DNA of 64,000 bases. Origin: Thecamonas trahens ATCC 50062 (lineage: Eukaryota; Protista; Apusomonadida). Shown here one piece after another: positions 1-11,652 of this stretch. Position 1 is the stretch's first letter; every line of letters begins with the position of its first letter. The stretch spans positions 124,001 through 188,000 of the forward strand of contig NW_013657653.1 in NCBI RefSeq assembly GCF_000142905.1, given 5' to 3'. The translations under genes and the position numbers were made by a program. The notes under the pieces are model-generated. The model ran no database searches and was not told the origin of the DNA. It saw only the letters and a list, made by a program, of their open reading frames with translations.

Positions 1-765
1 GTGACAAAGTCGCTGCCGCTGGCATTGGCAAGCGGCGTGGCCAAGCCTGCGGACATGGCGGGCGTGATTGAGGACATGAAAAGCCTGCTTGCGGCCGTCC
101 AGGTCTTTCTCGGCGCTGTCTCGGGCGCCCTTGCCGCCATCACCCGCTCAGAAGCCCACGAGAGAGGCATTGCTACCGACGACTCGGCTGTCGAGGCGGC
201 GGCGGCAGAGGAGCTTCGCGCCCGGAAGGCGACAGAGAAGGCCAAGGCCAAGGCAGAGCGCAAGCGGGCAAAGGCGCTGAAGAAGGCGAAGAAGAAGGGC
301 AAGGGTGGATACGCCGCTCTTGCCACCGATGACCACGGCGACCTTGGCACTGGTCTGGAAGCACGCGATGATGCTGCGGGACCGTCGCTCCTGATGTCGT
401 ACGCCGAGGCCTCGGCGACTGCCACCCATCGCCGTGTCGCGGTCTGGCGCAAGGTACAGCACCTCTCGTGGACGGTCTTACACCCGGCTGTTGCACGCAT
501 GGCGACGTCGCTGCTTGCGCTGAGCGGAGCGATGCGTGACGAGGCACTAGCACCGCGCCCGCAGCTGGCGCGCTATCTCGCCGCCGCATCGCCGTATCCA
601 GCGGATGCCGACGACTCGTTCATTGTTGTCGAGGACCCGGACCTCGACTTGGACACCGAGTCGGAGGTCGGGATTGTCGAGGTCCAGGAGCGCCGGCGCG
701 CGCCGTCGCTCTCGGCGTCCTCTAGCTCACTCTCGGCTTCATCGTTTTCGTCCGATGACGGATGA
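1..765 (+). CDS. 3' end of an uncharacterised protein (5'-truncated by the window)
   Basis: Open from base 1 to TGA at 763-765. Codon usage matches neighbouring genes. Lys-rich helix (KKAKKKGKGG) and Ser/Asp-rich tail; no family motif recognised. Confidence 0.65.
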   Translation: MTKSLPLALASGVAKPADMAGVIEDMKSLLAAVQVFLGAVSGALAAITRSEAHERGIATDDSAVEAAAAEELRARKATEKAKAKAERKRAKALKKAKKKGKGGYAALATDDHGDLGTGLEARDDAAGPSLLMSYAEASATATHRRVAVWRKVQHLSWTVLHPAVARMATSLLALSGAMRDEALAPRPQLARYLAAASPYPADADDSFIVVEDPDLDLDTESEVGIVEVQERRRAPSLSASSSSLSASSFSSDDG

Positions 766-840
766 GGTGTGGAGCAGGTCGTTTACAGAGACATGCGTCA
801 AGGAATACAAAGTGGTGGTCGCGCTCGGCTGGCTGGGCGG

Positions 841-1410
841 TCAGAGAATGGCGCACCGCTTCTTGGGCTTGATCTTGCTGATGTCCTTGCCGGCGGCCTT
901 GGCCCGGGCATCGCGCATGGCACGGACAAGAGCGGCAAAGGTCTCGTGGATGTTGACATCGTCCTTAGCCGAGGTCTCGAAGAACGCGGCGCCGACTGAC
1001 TTTGCAAAGTCGGCACCCTCCGAGGTGCCGACCGCTCGCTGGTCTTCGAGGTCGGCCTTGTTGCCGACGATGACGGTGGGGACGCTGTCGGCGTCCTTCA
1101 CCCGCAGGGTGCGGGCCTGGATCTCGCGGGCCTCCTCGAGCGACTTGGTGTCGGTGATGGTGTACGCGATGATGAATCCCTCGCCGGAGCGGATCCACTG
1201 CGAGGAGAGGGCAGAGAACTCCTCCTGCCCGGCCGTGTCGAGGATGTCGAGGAGGCAGACGTCCGAGTCGATGACCACCTGCTTGCGGTACGAGTCCTCG
1301 ATTGTCGGGTCGTACTGGAGAATAAAGTGGTTGTGCAGGTAGCGCATAGTGATGGCAGACTTGCCGGCGCCACCGGAGCCCAGAACGACAATGTGGTACT
1401 CGGTAGCCAT
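841..1410 (-). CDS. Ras-family small GTPase
   Basis: G1 GSGGAGKS, effector loop YDPTIEDSYRKQ, G3 DTAGQEE, G4 NKAD, G5 ETSAK, polybasic tail and CAAX box CAIL. Intronless. Confidence 0.97.
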   Translation of the reverse strand: MATEYHIVVLGSGGAGKSAITMRYLHNHFILQYDPTIEDSYRKQVVIDSDVCLLDILDTAGQEEFSALSSQWIRSGEGFIIAYTITDTKSLEEAREIQARTLRVKDADSVPTVIVGNKADLEDQRAVGTSEGADFAKSVGAAFFETSAKDDVNIHETFAALVRAMRDARAKAAGKDISKIKPKKRCAIL

Positions 1411-1509
1411 GATGCTGATGCTGATGTTGTTTTGATGATGGTTGTGTGGAGGCCCATGTCAGCCAAGAACGGGAAAACAATCATTGGTTTTATTGTTGAC
1501 ACGAGTTGC

Positions 1510-1541
1510 CCCCAAACGGGGCCGTGCCCCAAACGGGGCCG
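1510..1541. repeat. 15-bp direct repeat CCCCAAACGGGGCCG x2 upstream of the Ras gene
   Basis: Copies at 1510-1524 and 1527-1541, each with an internal CCCC/GGGG dyad. Confidence 0.8.
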
Positions 1542-1615
1542 CTGCGCGCCGCTTTCGATGGCAGACGAGGAAAACGAAAGAACGAAAGAACGACACAACG
1601 CCCCGATGTTGTCTT

Positions 1616-3487
1616 CTAGTTGGACGAGTTGTAGTCGGGATGCTCGGGGTCGGTGGGGAGGATGTAGTCGCCGAGGTCGTCGCGGAGCTGGCGCTTGAGG
1701 ACCTTGCCGGTTGCGGTGTAGGGCAGAGCGTCAACAAAGACAACGTCGTCCGGGATCTGCCACTTGGCGACCTTGGTCGTCATATGCTTGGCGATGTTGG
1801 CCTTGATCTCCTCGTCCGACTTGCCAGCCTTGACGGCAGCCGGCGAGCGGATGGCGACCATGAGCGGGCGCTCTTCCCACTTGGAGTGCTTGACGCCGAT
1901 GACGGCCACCTCGGACACATCCGGATGGCCCATGGCAGCGTTCTCCAGCTCGATGGACGAGATCCACTCGCCGCCCGACTTGACGAGCGACGCACCATTG
2001 ATCATGTCCTTCATGCGGTCGGTGATGTTGACATATCCGTCCTCGTTCATCGTCGCCACGTCGCCGGTGGTCATCCACCCGTCGGCGGCAAAGGTGTCGG
2101 CATCCTCGCCATCGCGCTTGTAGTACGCCGACGCCACCCACGGACCACGGACCTTGATCATACCGGGCGTCTTGCCGTCATGCGGCACCTGCTCGTCGTT
2201 TTCGTCGGTTACCTTGACGTCGATGCCGAACATCCGCCGGCCCTGCTTGGACTGGACCTGGTCGAGCATCTCGTCAGGCGACAGGTCGTCGTGCTTGGGC
2301 AGCGGGTTGGAGATGACGCCCAGCGGCGAGGTCTCGGTCATGCCCCACGCATGAACCACAAACGTGTCCAGTTGGTCGCGGAAGGCCTCAATCATGGCTC
2401 GAGGCGCTGCCGAGCCGCCGATGATGACCCGCTTCAGCTCGAGCGCCTCGGCAGGCGCAATCTCCGGATGCTCGGCCAGGTACTGGAAGAACATGGTCCA
2501 CACCGACGGAACGCCGAACGAAACGTTGACCTTGTAGTCGCGCATGAGTTCAAAGACCGACTGGCCGTCGAGGTTGGGCCCCGGCAGCACCAGCGACGAG
2601 CCGCACATCTGCGCCGCGTACGGGATGCCCCACGCGTTGACGTGGAAGAGCGGGACAATGAGCATCGCCGTGTCGCGAGATGACAGCGCCAGCGAGTCGG
2701 CTGCACACGCACCGTACGCATGCAGCATGGTCGACCGATGCGAGTACAGCACGCCCTTGGGGTTACCTGTCGTCCCCGAGGTGTAGCACAGCGCCGCCGC
2801 CCGGCGTTCGTCAAAGACCGGCCATTCAAACTCGGTCGACGCTGCACCGACCATGTCCTCGTAGCAGAGAAGCGGCACATCGCCAAGTGCGCGGACCACA
2901 TCCGAGTCTGGCGCCGGCATGTGATCGACATCGGTGAGGGCGACAACGGCCTTGAGCGACGACGGGAGCCGGTCGGCGACGGCAGCGACGAGCGGGAGGA
3001 AGGTCGAGTCGACAAACAGAGCCTTGTCCTCGGCGTGGTTCATGATGTACGCCACCTGATCCGGATGCAAACGCGGGTTGAGGGTGTGGTTAATGAGCCC
3101 CGAGCCCGAGACCGCCATGTACAGCTCGAGATGGCGATGAGTGTTCCACGCCAGGGTGCCGGCCACATCAGAGCCACCTAGGCCCAGCTCATGACGAAGC
3201 ACATTGGCGAGGGCCTTGCTCCGATGACCGATCTCCGCCCAGGTATGTTCCACCGTGGGCCCTTCCACCGTCTTGGTCACCACCTTGACATTCGGATGGA
3301 CTTCGGTCACGTGGTCCAGGAGCGACGAGATGAGCATGGGCTGGTCATGCATAAGTCCGTTGATAGGCGGCGCGTGGTCACTGCTCGCTCTTCCAGCTGC
3401 GGCGCTCAAGCCACGTGAAGCCCACATGCAGGCCACACTGCGCGCCGTGGTCTGCCCAAGGAGGCTATGACGTGCAATGCGAAACAT
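1616..3487 (-). CDS. Acyl-CoA synthetase (AMP-binding), bacterial AlkK/DmdB-like, with a putative mitochondrial presequence
   Basis: AMP-binding motif [11 protein letters not shown], plus [38 protein letters not shown] at 3487 begins an Arg/Ser/Ala-rich, acid-free leader ([17 protein letters not shown]) before [14 protein letters not shown]. Confidence 0.93.
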   Translation of the reverse strand: MFRIARHSLLGQTTARSVACMWASRGLSAAAGRASSDHAPPINGLMHDQPMLISSLLDHVTEVHPNVKVVTKTVEGPTVEHTWAEIGHRSKALANVLRHELGLGGSDVAGTLAWNTHRHLELYMAVSGSGLINHTLNPRLHPDQVAYIMNHAEDKALFVDSTFLPLVAAVADRLPSSLKAVVALTDVDHMPAPDSDVVRALGDVPLLCYEDMVGAASTEFEWPVFDERRAAALCYTSGTTGNPKGVLYSHRSTMLHAYGACAADSLALSSRDTAMLIVPLFHVNAWGIPYAAQMCGSSLVLPGPNLDGQSVFELMRDYKVNVSFGVPSVWTMFFQYLAEHPEIAPAEALELKRVIIGGSAAPRAMIEAFRDQLDTFVVHAWGMTETSPLGVISNPLPKHDDLSPDEMLDQVQSKQGRRMFGIDVKVTDENDEQVPHDGKTPGMIKVRGPWVASAYYKRDGEDADTFAADGWMTTGDVATMNEDGYVNITDRMKDMINGASLVKSGGEWISSIELENAAMGHPDVSEVAVIGVKHSKWEERPLMVAIRSPAAVKAGKSDEEIKANIAKHMTTKVAKWQIPDDVVFVDALPYTATGKVLKRQLRDDLGDYILPTDPEHPDYNSSN

Positions 3488-3847
3488 AGTCGAACAAAAG
3501 GGTTTGTGCGGGGGTGGGTGAGTCAAGTCTACCGTCTTTGCCTCCCTCCCTCCCTCGTCTCCGCCCGCTTCTGCGGTGCTTCCTCCCTCCCCACTTTCGG
3601 CCCAAGTTGGAAAAGACGGACATGCCGCATCTCGCCGACGTATTCACCGACGGATTTTACCGCGTGGAACACCGCCAGTCCACTCGGCTGTGGACAGGCG
3701 GTCGGCACGATGGGGGCAAGAGGTGATCGGAAAGGTTGTGTGGGGGCATGTGCGATGCGAGGAGTTGGAGGTGGTCCACTCGGTCGGCTACGCGACGTGT
3801 GCCGGTTCACCTGCAGGCGGCCATGTTTTGTTGTGAGAAGACACGAT

Positions 3848-6800
3848 TCATGGAAGGTGCGAGGCTTTCGGCTTGGGCGGCGAGATGTGGGTTGATGTGC
3901 TCGGCAAGAGGGAAAGAGTATGATCGTCGACAGCCACGCCATCGCAGAGAGCGTGTCGTGGCTCCAGCAGCAACGGGCTGCTGCCGCAGGATCGTGGCCG
4001 TCTTCGCCACTTGCGTGTGTTCGAGTCTGGCGAGAGCCATTCGGCACATCGGCTGACCACGGTATCGCCAGAAGGAGTAAGAAGCGCGAGATCGGCCGGC
4101 CCGAGACCAGCTAGCGCCGAGGCCGTACCGCCCATTGGCACGACCACGCACGGATCGGCTTCGATCAGCGCCACCGGCGGCTTGCTCCCCGCCCCGGCAG
4201 CGAGGCTGACGACGCGCACATAGTCAACCGACTCGCACATCCCGGGCGTCAATCGGCTTGAGCCTATAGCCCGACCGATGCCCATCCACACTGGATCAAT
4301 CCAAGACAGAACAAGACTGCCAGTCTCGGCATCGTCGGCGCCGGTGGCCACGACGCACCCGCATCCGTCGGCTCGGGCGCACACTGCTTCACCGGCAAGA
4401 ACACGGCCAGTTTCAAGGGAGCAGACAACCTTGACGTTGCGGCTTCCAACCAGCGGCCGCGACTCGATGACGGCAGGATTGCTGTCACTCCTCAAATCAA
4501 GCGCGGTCATCCACAGCCGCCCATCGTCGTGGCCAGCGGCATACACCCGGACCCGCGAGCCAGCGAGCTCGTGCCCAACAGACAGCTGATCGCCTGTCCA
4601 CACCAGGATCGTTGTCGCCACACCGAGTTGTTGCAGGACAAATCCAGTGGCTGCCTTTCCGACTGCGATCGAGACAGAGAATCGCGGTGCCTCGACAGCT
4701 TCGTCCACCCCGCCCGCCAGCACCTGGCCCGTCCACATGCCACACGGAAAGACGAGACCCGAGCTCGATCCGAGTGCATACACAGCCACGGCGTCACGGG
4801 TCCACACACACGCCCACTCGCCAGTTGATTCGACGGCAAGGACATTGTAAACGGCACTCACGCGCCGCACACTCGGAATCGCCGGCAACAGCTCGTTCGC
4901 TGCCGCAAGCGCTGGGCCCAGGCCAACAGGCACACCGCTCGTTGGCTCGTAGGGAACAAAGATGGACCCGATAGCCATACCAGACAGAAGTCTTAGGAAC
5001 TGCAACCGCATCTGGCTTGAGTCCCACGCCATGCCACCGCCATTTCAACCGGGCATGAGCCACATCGAGCGAGAATACAAGAGGGCCGCTGCGGTGGCAC
5101 ACAGTCACAAGCAGCTCGTCATCGCGCATGCGTCCGCAGATGATGCCATCAGCCATGGTGACATCCAAGGAGATTACGGCACGGCGACTGAGAGTGCCAG
5201 CTTCCACGGTGTACAGCACCACAGCAGCGTGCGCAAGATCGAGAGTGACAATGGTCGACGGGTCGATGACCCGCGGACGGAGGAGCAGGCGGCCTTCGGG
5301 CACCGGTGCAACATTGAGCCCACAGCCAGGCGCAGTCCATATCACACCCATCGTACATGCAGCGACCGACTCGTCTGGAAGCACGTCCAGTTCAAAGGCC
5401 TGTAGCAAGCCATGGCGCCAGGTTCCGATCCGCTCCTCAACAACAACACGGGCACCGGGCAGCGGCGGATGCGCAAACAGCGCAACTACATCATCAAACA
5501 CCCCCAGCCACAACTTAGCCCGCTCAGCAGCCAGCGGGTGCCACTTGGCATTGATCGGAGCCAGAGCCACCCGGCCTGACCTGTTGACGGGTGCCACAAG
5601 AGCCGTAGAGGCAATGGCACGGCTCTGGCCCGACAGATGCAACGCGTCAACTATGACAGGTTCAAAGACAAGGAGACCGCCACCGAGGGTGTTAGATTGC
5701 GCTCTTGGCTCCGGTTCTTGAACGGCGACAGAAATCCTGTTCTTGACGGCCGCGACAGCAAGAAGGCTGGAGCCGACCGGCGTGCGCCAGCCGAGCACAC
5801 GCGGCCGCGCCAACGCCAAGGCGCTGGCAACCTCCCAGATCCGACCGGAGACACGGCCGACCGCGCTGACACGGATCATTCGTGTCTCGCTCAACCAGGT
5901 CATTGTCCAAGTCCATGGACCTAGAGAAGCAGCAGGCGAGCAAAGCTGCAGGATGCGGAGAGTCGGCTCGGGCGCAGCCTCGTAGACGCAGACCACAGCC
6001 ATCGCCGCATTGGCAGCTAGAACGTAGTAGCTTGAACCATCGTCGCAGAGTCGGTGCAACGAAAGACTCGCACCCGGAACAGAAGCGTCAAAGTTGTCCA
6101 GCACAGTTGAGCACACAGACGCAGCCATCACATCGGACGCGACCCGAGCGACGGCAAGCCGCCCGCTTGTCTCGGCCCAGACAACGTGGACACCGCCATT
6201 TGCAAATGCGGCCAGATCAACACAGGCAACACTGTTGCTGACCAGCTCGATCACGCGGCGAGTGACAATGTCGACTGCCACAAGCGAGCCATCGGCACGA
6301 TGAAGCACAAGCCAGGCAACATCGTCAGCCAGATGAACGTCACCCACATTCGCCACCAGCAGCGGGGACACGCACCACGGCAGTTCACGGGACCAGCCCT
6401 CGGCGTCCAACCGAGCGAGACACTCGCCATTCTCGACTGCATATACCGCAAGATGGGAAGCAGCAGTACTTGGGGTGTACCACACAGCAGCAAGTCGCCC
6501 ATCGGAAGCCAGGACACAGCTCGAATCAGCTGCCCGCATCGGCACATCTGCGAGGACCCGGCGCGGCGTACCATGAACTACGGCAACGACAAGAACAACA
6601 TCAGACGCAAGATGTACAACCATGACCGGAGCATGTGCCGCTGCCACCACCTTGAGCGGCATGTCCGGAAGATCCAGTTGGCGAGTCGAGCCGTCCGCCA
6701 CGCCCAGAACGTAGAGTACCGCCGGCGACCGGGTGACAAACGTCAGGAAGAGCATCGGATGCAGCCAGTGTACCTCGGCCATTCCAGATGGTACAGATGG

Positions 6801-7394
6801 CCACGGGGCAAGATCAACAAGAGGAGCTGCGCCTGCGTCGCCGACTTCACCCTCGTTGACAGAGAGGGGCAAGATCGGTGACGGGGACGGCGGCGATGGC
6901 GACGATGAACGGGATGAACGGGATGGCGGTGGCGATGGCGATGGGTACAGCGACGGCGATGGCGGCACCACAACCTGCATCTCATTCGGGTTCTCTGCTG
7001 AAGAGGCAGAGCGAGATAGCGATGACGACGCAGCTGGAAGCGGGACGATCGGATGGATGGCGCCTGCAGACCCTACTTGCTGCTGCTCCGGGGGGAGTCT
7101 GGACGAGCAGCAGCCTGCGGCGGCCAGACGCAGGGCAATGACAAGCCGAACTGGTCCCGATCCCTCACCATCAGCCACCGCTACTGACGCGGATCCATTG
7201 TCGACAGCTGCACACCATGCTGGCCACCGTTCAGCCTCGGCCGGCGCGAGCGGATGGTCAAGAGGGACAATGCACCAGCCGAGGCGGAGCTCGACGTTGA
7301 AGGCACACGGAGCCTTGGCCTTGGATACCAGCCGGACACACCGCTCAGCATCCAAAACCAGCTCACCACCCAGTTTGGCAACGGGTATGGCCAT
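3848..7394 (-). CDS. Large uncharacterised beta-rich protein, probably one gene joined across a frameshift near 4970
   Basis: Overlapping long ORFs 4794-7514 and 3848-5032 share Val/Ala-rich short-strand character. The first loses that character where the second begins. Likely ATG MAIPVAK at 7394. Confidence 0.55.
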
Positions 7395-8010
7395 GGCGGA
7401 CAGTGGCGGCGGCGGAGAGCGGTGGTGCGGGCAGCCGGACTTTGGCGCGGTGAGCACCTGCGATTTAGAGCGGCCAGGTGCATGCCATCTGCACGACGCA
7501 GCCTTTGTTCCCACCGCCGCTCTCCCTTCTCCCTTCTTTGCTTGACGTTCAATCAGCCTTTCATGTCCGATCGAGCTGCTTTAGGAGCCAACGGCCCTTC
7601 TGGCTGGGATGCCCCGTATCGCATCATGCTCGTCTCCGACTCAGGCAAGCGATCCTTGCCGTCGATCTCGCCTTGCCGGCCATGGTGGGCAAGTACATGT
7701 CCGTGTCTGAGACTGTACTGGCTTTGAGGCGGATAGCTAGCACTGACATCAGTATAGGCCACACATACCCGATCAAGCTGTGATGGACACTATCGATGTC
7801 CCTGGCCGCCATGGTCGACCCGTTCATGTCCGTCACCGGGCCTGCCCCTGCGTCACATTCTGCAGCCACACACACTGGCACGTTTCGGTGGATAGCTGGG
7901 ACGAAATATCACCACCTCTCCCACCCTTCCTCGTACGGGCGAAGCAGAGTCTTGAGACAGGCAGCACCAAGAAGGGAAGCAACATAGTCCAGAAGAGACA
8001 GAAGTTCTGA

Positions 8011-8013
<3 letters not shown>

Positions 8014-8047
<34 letters not shown>
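8014..8047. repeat. (GT)n microsatellite
   Basis: Perfect GT dinucleotide run just upstream of the DHHC gene ATG. Confidence 0.95.
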
Positions 8048-8051
<4 letters not shown>

Positions 8052-8082
8052 GTTTGTGTTTGTGTGTGTCGACTGGTTGGTC

Positions 8083-10134
8083 ATGGGTGTGAATGCTGAG
8101 CAGTTTGAGGCCGCCATGCTGGCTGCCAAGCGCGGTGATGTCCTCGCTCTCCACCGAGTCCTCACCATGGGCACGGCGAGTCTATCCTCTTTGGGCGGCG
8201 GGGCATCGTTTGATCCATTGGCTTTGGCAGGGTTAGGCTCTTTACAGGATGTGGTGGGCGCAGAGTCGGGCAGAGCTGCCTCGGCCGAGCATGTGCCGGT
8301 GGCTCCTGTGCCTGCTGCCGGTCGGACGGACGCAGGAGAGGCGACAGCCATCACAACAGTGTCGGACACGGCGGGTGGCACTTTGCTGCACTATGCAGCG
8401 CTGCGAAACCAGATCACGGTGGCAGTGTACTTGCTTGATCCGCCGCCACCGGTCGTTCGGTCCTCGCCGGTCCAGCCCGGATCAACAGGTGAGACGCCGC
8501 TGCATTGGGCGGCCCGCGGCGGGCACTGTACTATGCTGGCGCTTCTGCTTCGAGCTGGTGGTGAGGCTCTGATTGAGACGCCCAACTCGCTTGGCATGTC
8601 GCCGCTGCACTATGCGGTAGCCTTTGACCACGCGTACGCCACCGCGTACCTGGTACTCCGCGGAGCTGACGTCGATTCGCGCGACGCGCAAGGCAAGACG
8701 GCACTGGCCTGGTGCGCGGTACAGTGCAAGCCGACAATGGCCAAGGCCCTTGTCAAGCTTGGCGCCTCGCTGGATGTGCGGGATGCGTACGGCGACACGC
8801 CACTGCTTGTGGCGGCGCGGCAGGGCGAAGTGGACATGGCTGATGAGCTGGTGGCGTCACCGGCCGACTACGACCAGGTCAAGGACCGCAGTGGGGAGAG
8901 CGCCGGTGACATGCTGCGGCGTAATGTGCGCGAGGCGGCACACGAGGGTGTTCGCGAGGGCCTGGCCATGTGGACGGTGGCATGGTTCTGGCTTCCGCCG
9001 TCGCAGCGATGGAAGGCAACAGTGGCGCTCATGACGGTTGTTCCACCGGCGCTGATGCTTGTGCTGGCATTTGCGCCGTGGTACATGATGCTTCCGCTGA
9101 TGATGTTCCTGGTTGTTGGCTCGCGGCGCCTGTTGTCCCCGTATTGGCCGCAGCCGTGGCAGCGGTCGCCGAGCCAGGTTGCCTTCTTCATTGTCCTCTA
9201 TCTGCTCTCGGCCGGCGCGTACTTTATGCACCTTGCGCCGGCCTCGAGCCACTACTTTACGGCACACCTGCTGTTTCTAGCCTTCAATCCTGTCTTTATG
9301 TACTGCTACGTCACCCTTGTCCGGTCGGATGCCGGGACGATCGAGCGTGACGCGCGCGATGAGACGCTCTTCATCTCGATTGTGGACGAGGAGCTCGAGC
9401 AGCGGCTGGCGGCTGACGCGTCGACACTGTCGCTGCTGCGGTCGGGCGGTGAGTCCTCACTGGACAAGGAGCCGCGGAGCGCAGAGCATGCGATGGGCAA
9501 GGCGCACGAAGAGCTCCCGACGCTGGACCGCCTCTGCTCGACGTGTCTTGTGGAGCGGCCGCTGCGATCCAAGCACTGCCGGCTGTGCGGACGGTGCGTG
9601 CCGCGGTTCGACCATCACTGCCCGTGGGTCAACACCTGCATCGGCCTGCACAACCATCCGGTATTTGTGGCGACGAACGCTGGCATTGTCGTGCTGCACT
9701 CGTCGTTTATCTTCTTCTACCTGCTGTACGTCACCAATACGCCGGGCCTGCCGAACAAGATGATCCCAGTGCTCCCGTTCCTGACCGAGACGTGGCAAAA
9801 GACGACGGCAATCACGGCGCTAGCTTACTTTCACTTTCTCAATCTCGCCTGGCTCTCAGCGCTTCTCGCCCAACACGTATACAATGGCGTGGTGCGCAAC
9901 TTTACGACCAACGAGTCGGCCAACTGGAACCGGTATGTCCACTTTAAGGCGCGCGGAACCGGCAAGTTCCACAACCCGTTCACCTCGACCTGGCTCAACA
10001 ACGTCTCGGACTTTCTGCAGATTCGGCTGACGCCGGGCTCGCGCATCCGCGACTACTACGACCTGTACTCACTCGACCAATTGACGGCCGATGGCGGCAT
10101 GGTGCCGAGCATGCGGCGGTCGACTGGAGTATAA
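8083..10134 (+). CDS. Ankyrin-repeat DHHC palmitoyltransferase (Akr1/ZDHHC13/17 type)
   Basis: Ankyrin repeats ([45 protein letters not shown]), TM helices, [41 protein letters not shown] and NPF motifs. Confidence 0.96.
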   Translation: MGVNAEQFEAAMLAAKRGDVLALHRVLTMGTASLSSLGGGASFDPLALAGLGSLQDVVGAESGRAASAEHVPVAPVPAAGRTDAGEATAITTVSDTAGGTLLHYAALRNQITVAVYLLDPPPPVVRSSPVQPGSTGETPLHWAARGGHCTMLALLLRAGGEALIETPNSLGMSPLHYAVAFDHAYATAYLVLRGADVDSRDAQGKTALAWCAVQCKPTMAKALVKLGASLDVRDAYGDTPLLVAARQGEVDMADELVASPADYDQVKDRSGESAGDMLRRNVREAAHEGVREGLAMWTVAWFWLPPSQRWKATVALMTVVPPALMLVLAFAPWYMMLPLMMFLVVGSRRLLSPYWPQPWQRSPSQVAFFIVLYLLSAGAYFMHLAPASSHYFTAHLLFLAFNPVFMYCYVTLVRSDAGTIERDARDETLFISIVDEELEQRLAADASTLSLLRSGGESSLDKEPRSAEHAMGKAHEELPTLDRLCSTCLVERPLRSKHCRLCGRCVPRFDHHCPWVNTCIGLHNHPVFVATNAGIVVLHSSFIFFYLLYVTNTPGLPNKMIPVLPFLTETWQKTTAITALAYFHFLNLAWLSALLAQHVYNGVVRNFTTNESANWNRYVHFKARGTGKFHNPFTSTWLNNVSDFLQIRLTPGSRIRDYYDLYSLDQLTADGGMVPSMRRSTGV

Positions 10135-10206
10135 ATCACAATAGACGTCAGAATGTGGCGCCCGTCGCCTCGAGCCATGCCATCAGCTCGGCCTCAGTGA
10201 CCGGCG

Positions 10207-11007
10207 TCATGGCGCTGATGTGGGCTCGAGACGGCGAGGAGGCAAAAGCGTGGGCGGCCGAGTCGACTCCAAGCTTACGTGCGCTGTTTTGATGGCATGC
10301 ATCAAGTCCTCGACATGTTCGGCAAGGGTGTGAATGCCATGGGCAGCAAGGAACGAGAGCACGCCGTCCTCGTCCATGGCGAGGGTGTCCGGATGGGTGA
10401 CGCGATCGTCAACGTCAGCCGCCGCCAGCAGAGCGTTGACCTCATCGATAAGCTCCTCGTCCTGAACCTCGTCGACGAGCTCATGGGTGAGAGCCAGAGC
10501 CTGGCGCACCTCCATCCGCATCGCGTCCGATGGCGAGAGAGTGTTCAGGCGGGCCTCCACAAAGGGCCACGCTACCTCGAGCGAGTACATCTCGATCGCC
10601 TCGTCAGCCGACAACCGACCCGGTGCTAGAGCTACTGGCGTCGGCCAAAGCGAGGCGTGGATGGCGCTAGGCAGACCGAGGCGGATCATGAGCGTCTCAA
10701 ACTCGTCGCGCGGGAGCATGGACTTGGCGGCGCGGTCGGGATCATCGCAGCTGGCCGCCAGCCGCCAGGCAGCCTCGAACTCATCGCGCCGCTGTAGAAT
10801 GTCCGAGACCCATTTTGCCCTGTGCACCGTTACCGCCGCCGAGCCTCCAGCGCCCACCCGCGTGTCACCAGCGCAAAAGCGGCCCGACTCGAGGCCGAGC
10901 GTCGACTTGGCCAGTGTGGTCAGCTCCGACTGGCGGACGACGCCGGTGGTCAGCGCTAGCTGCAGCTCGGACGCAGAGAGCGAGTCAATCACTCCTGCAC
11001 GGAGCAT
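10207..11007 (-). CDS. Uncharacterised helical protein, possibly with degenerate EF-hand-like elements
   Basis: 266-codon ORF with typical codon usage, convergent on the DHHC gene. No clear signature. Confidence 0.6.
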   Translation of the reverse strand: MLRAGVIDSLSASELQLALTTGVVRQSELTTLAKSTLGLESGRFCAGDTRVGAGGSAAVTVHRAKWVSDILQRRDEFEAAWRLAASCDDPDRAAKSMLPRDEFETLMIRLGLPSAIHASLWPTPVALAPGRLSADEAIEMYSLEVAWPFVEARLNTLSPSDAMRMEVRQALALTHELVDEVQDEELIDEVNALLAAADVDDRVTHPDTLAMDEDGVLSFLAAHGIHTLAEHVEDLMHAIKTAHVSLESTRPPTLLPPRRLEPTSAP

Positions 11008-11652
11008 GGCGGGCAAGTTGCTTTCCGGAGAGGGGGGAGGGCGAGTGTGCGGGTGAGGTGGTGGTGGTGGCGGTGGGCTGGGGGTGGGTGGGCGGAGCGA
11101 GTCGGCAAGTCGGCGCGGGGCGGACGCGCAACACGTGCACCAGGCACATCACCGACATGGCAGCAGTCACATGGTGAGTCACTCGTTGTCCAAGCGTGGG
11201 AGAAGGGACTCGGAGAACGGGTGATGGATGGGAGGCAGCATATCAAGCCTTTGCCCATAGTCATGGCTTGATCCAACAAATGATGAATGATGATGATGCC
11301 CAGGCACATCGCTCAGATGATCGAGCATGGCCCTGATGTAGGGTTCCCGTCTCCCGTCACAGCGAGCGACAAATGGCTCGTTTGGCGCCAATTTGGCGAG
11401 CAGCCAGTCGCAGTCAACAACACACATAAAATGAACGATTAATCATGGGGGAAGGGGGGGGGGGGGGGGAGAGGCCCGTTGGCGACGGGTAGTGGCGGGC
11501 GAGGGTGAGGTTGTGGGACACCAGTCTCTTGCGGGCAGGGAAACCAGGGACAGGGACTCTGTGTTTGAGAGGCGTGAGAGAGGCTTGGGGAGTCGACAGC
11601 ACAAAGGAAGGACATTGATTGTCGTGGGGAGTAGAGCGAGTTTGTGGGCCAT

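Noticed and set aside
1983-2000. Six-residue insertion NGASLV within the conserved KDMI-KSGGEW motif as a possible micro-intron
   Set aside because: The only GT..AG segment is 17 nt and its removal breaks the frame. Left as a small insertion or local assembly artefact.
1442-2683. 413-aa plus-strand ORF and many similar long antisense ORFs (e.g. 11670-12653, 23202-24290, 24803-25831, 28606-30030, 40358-41479, 51696-52934)
   Set aside because: Shadow ORFs opposite or out of frame with well-supported genes, expected at high GC. No motifs.
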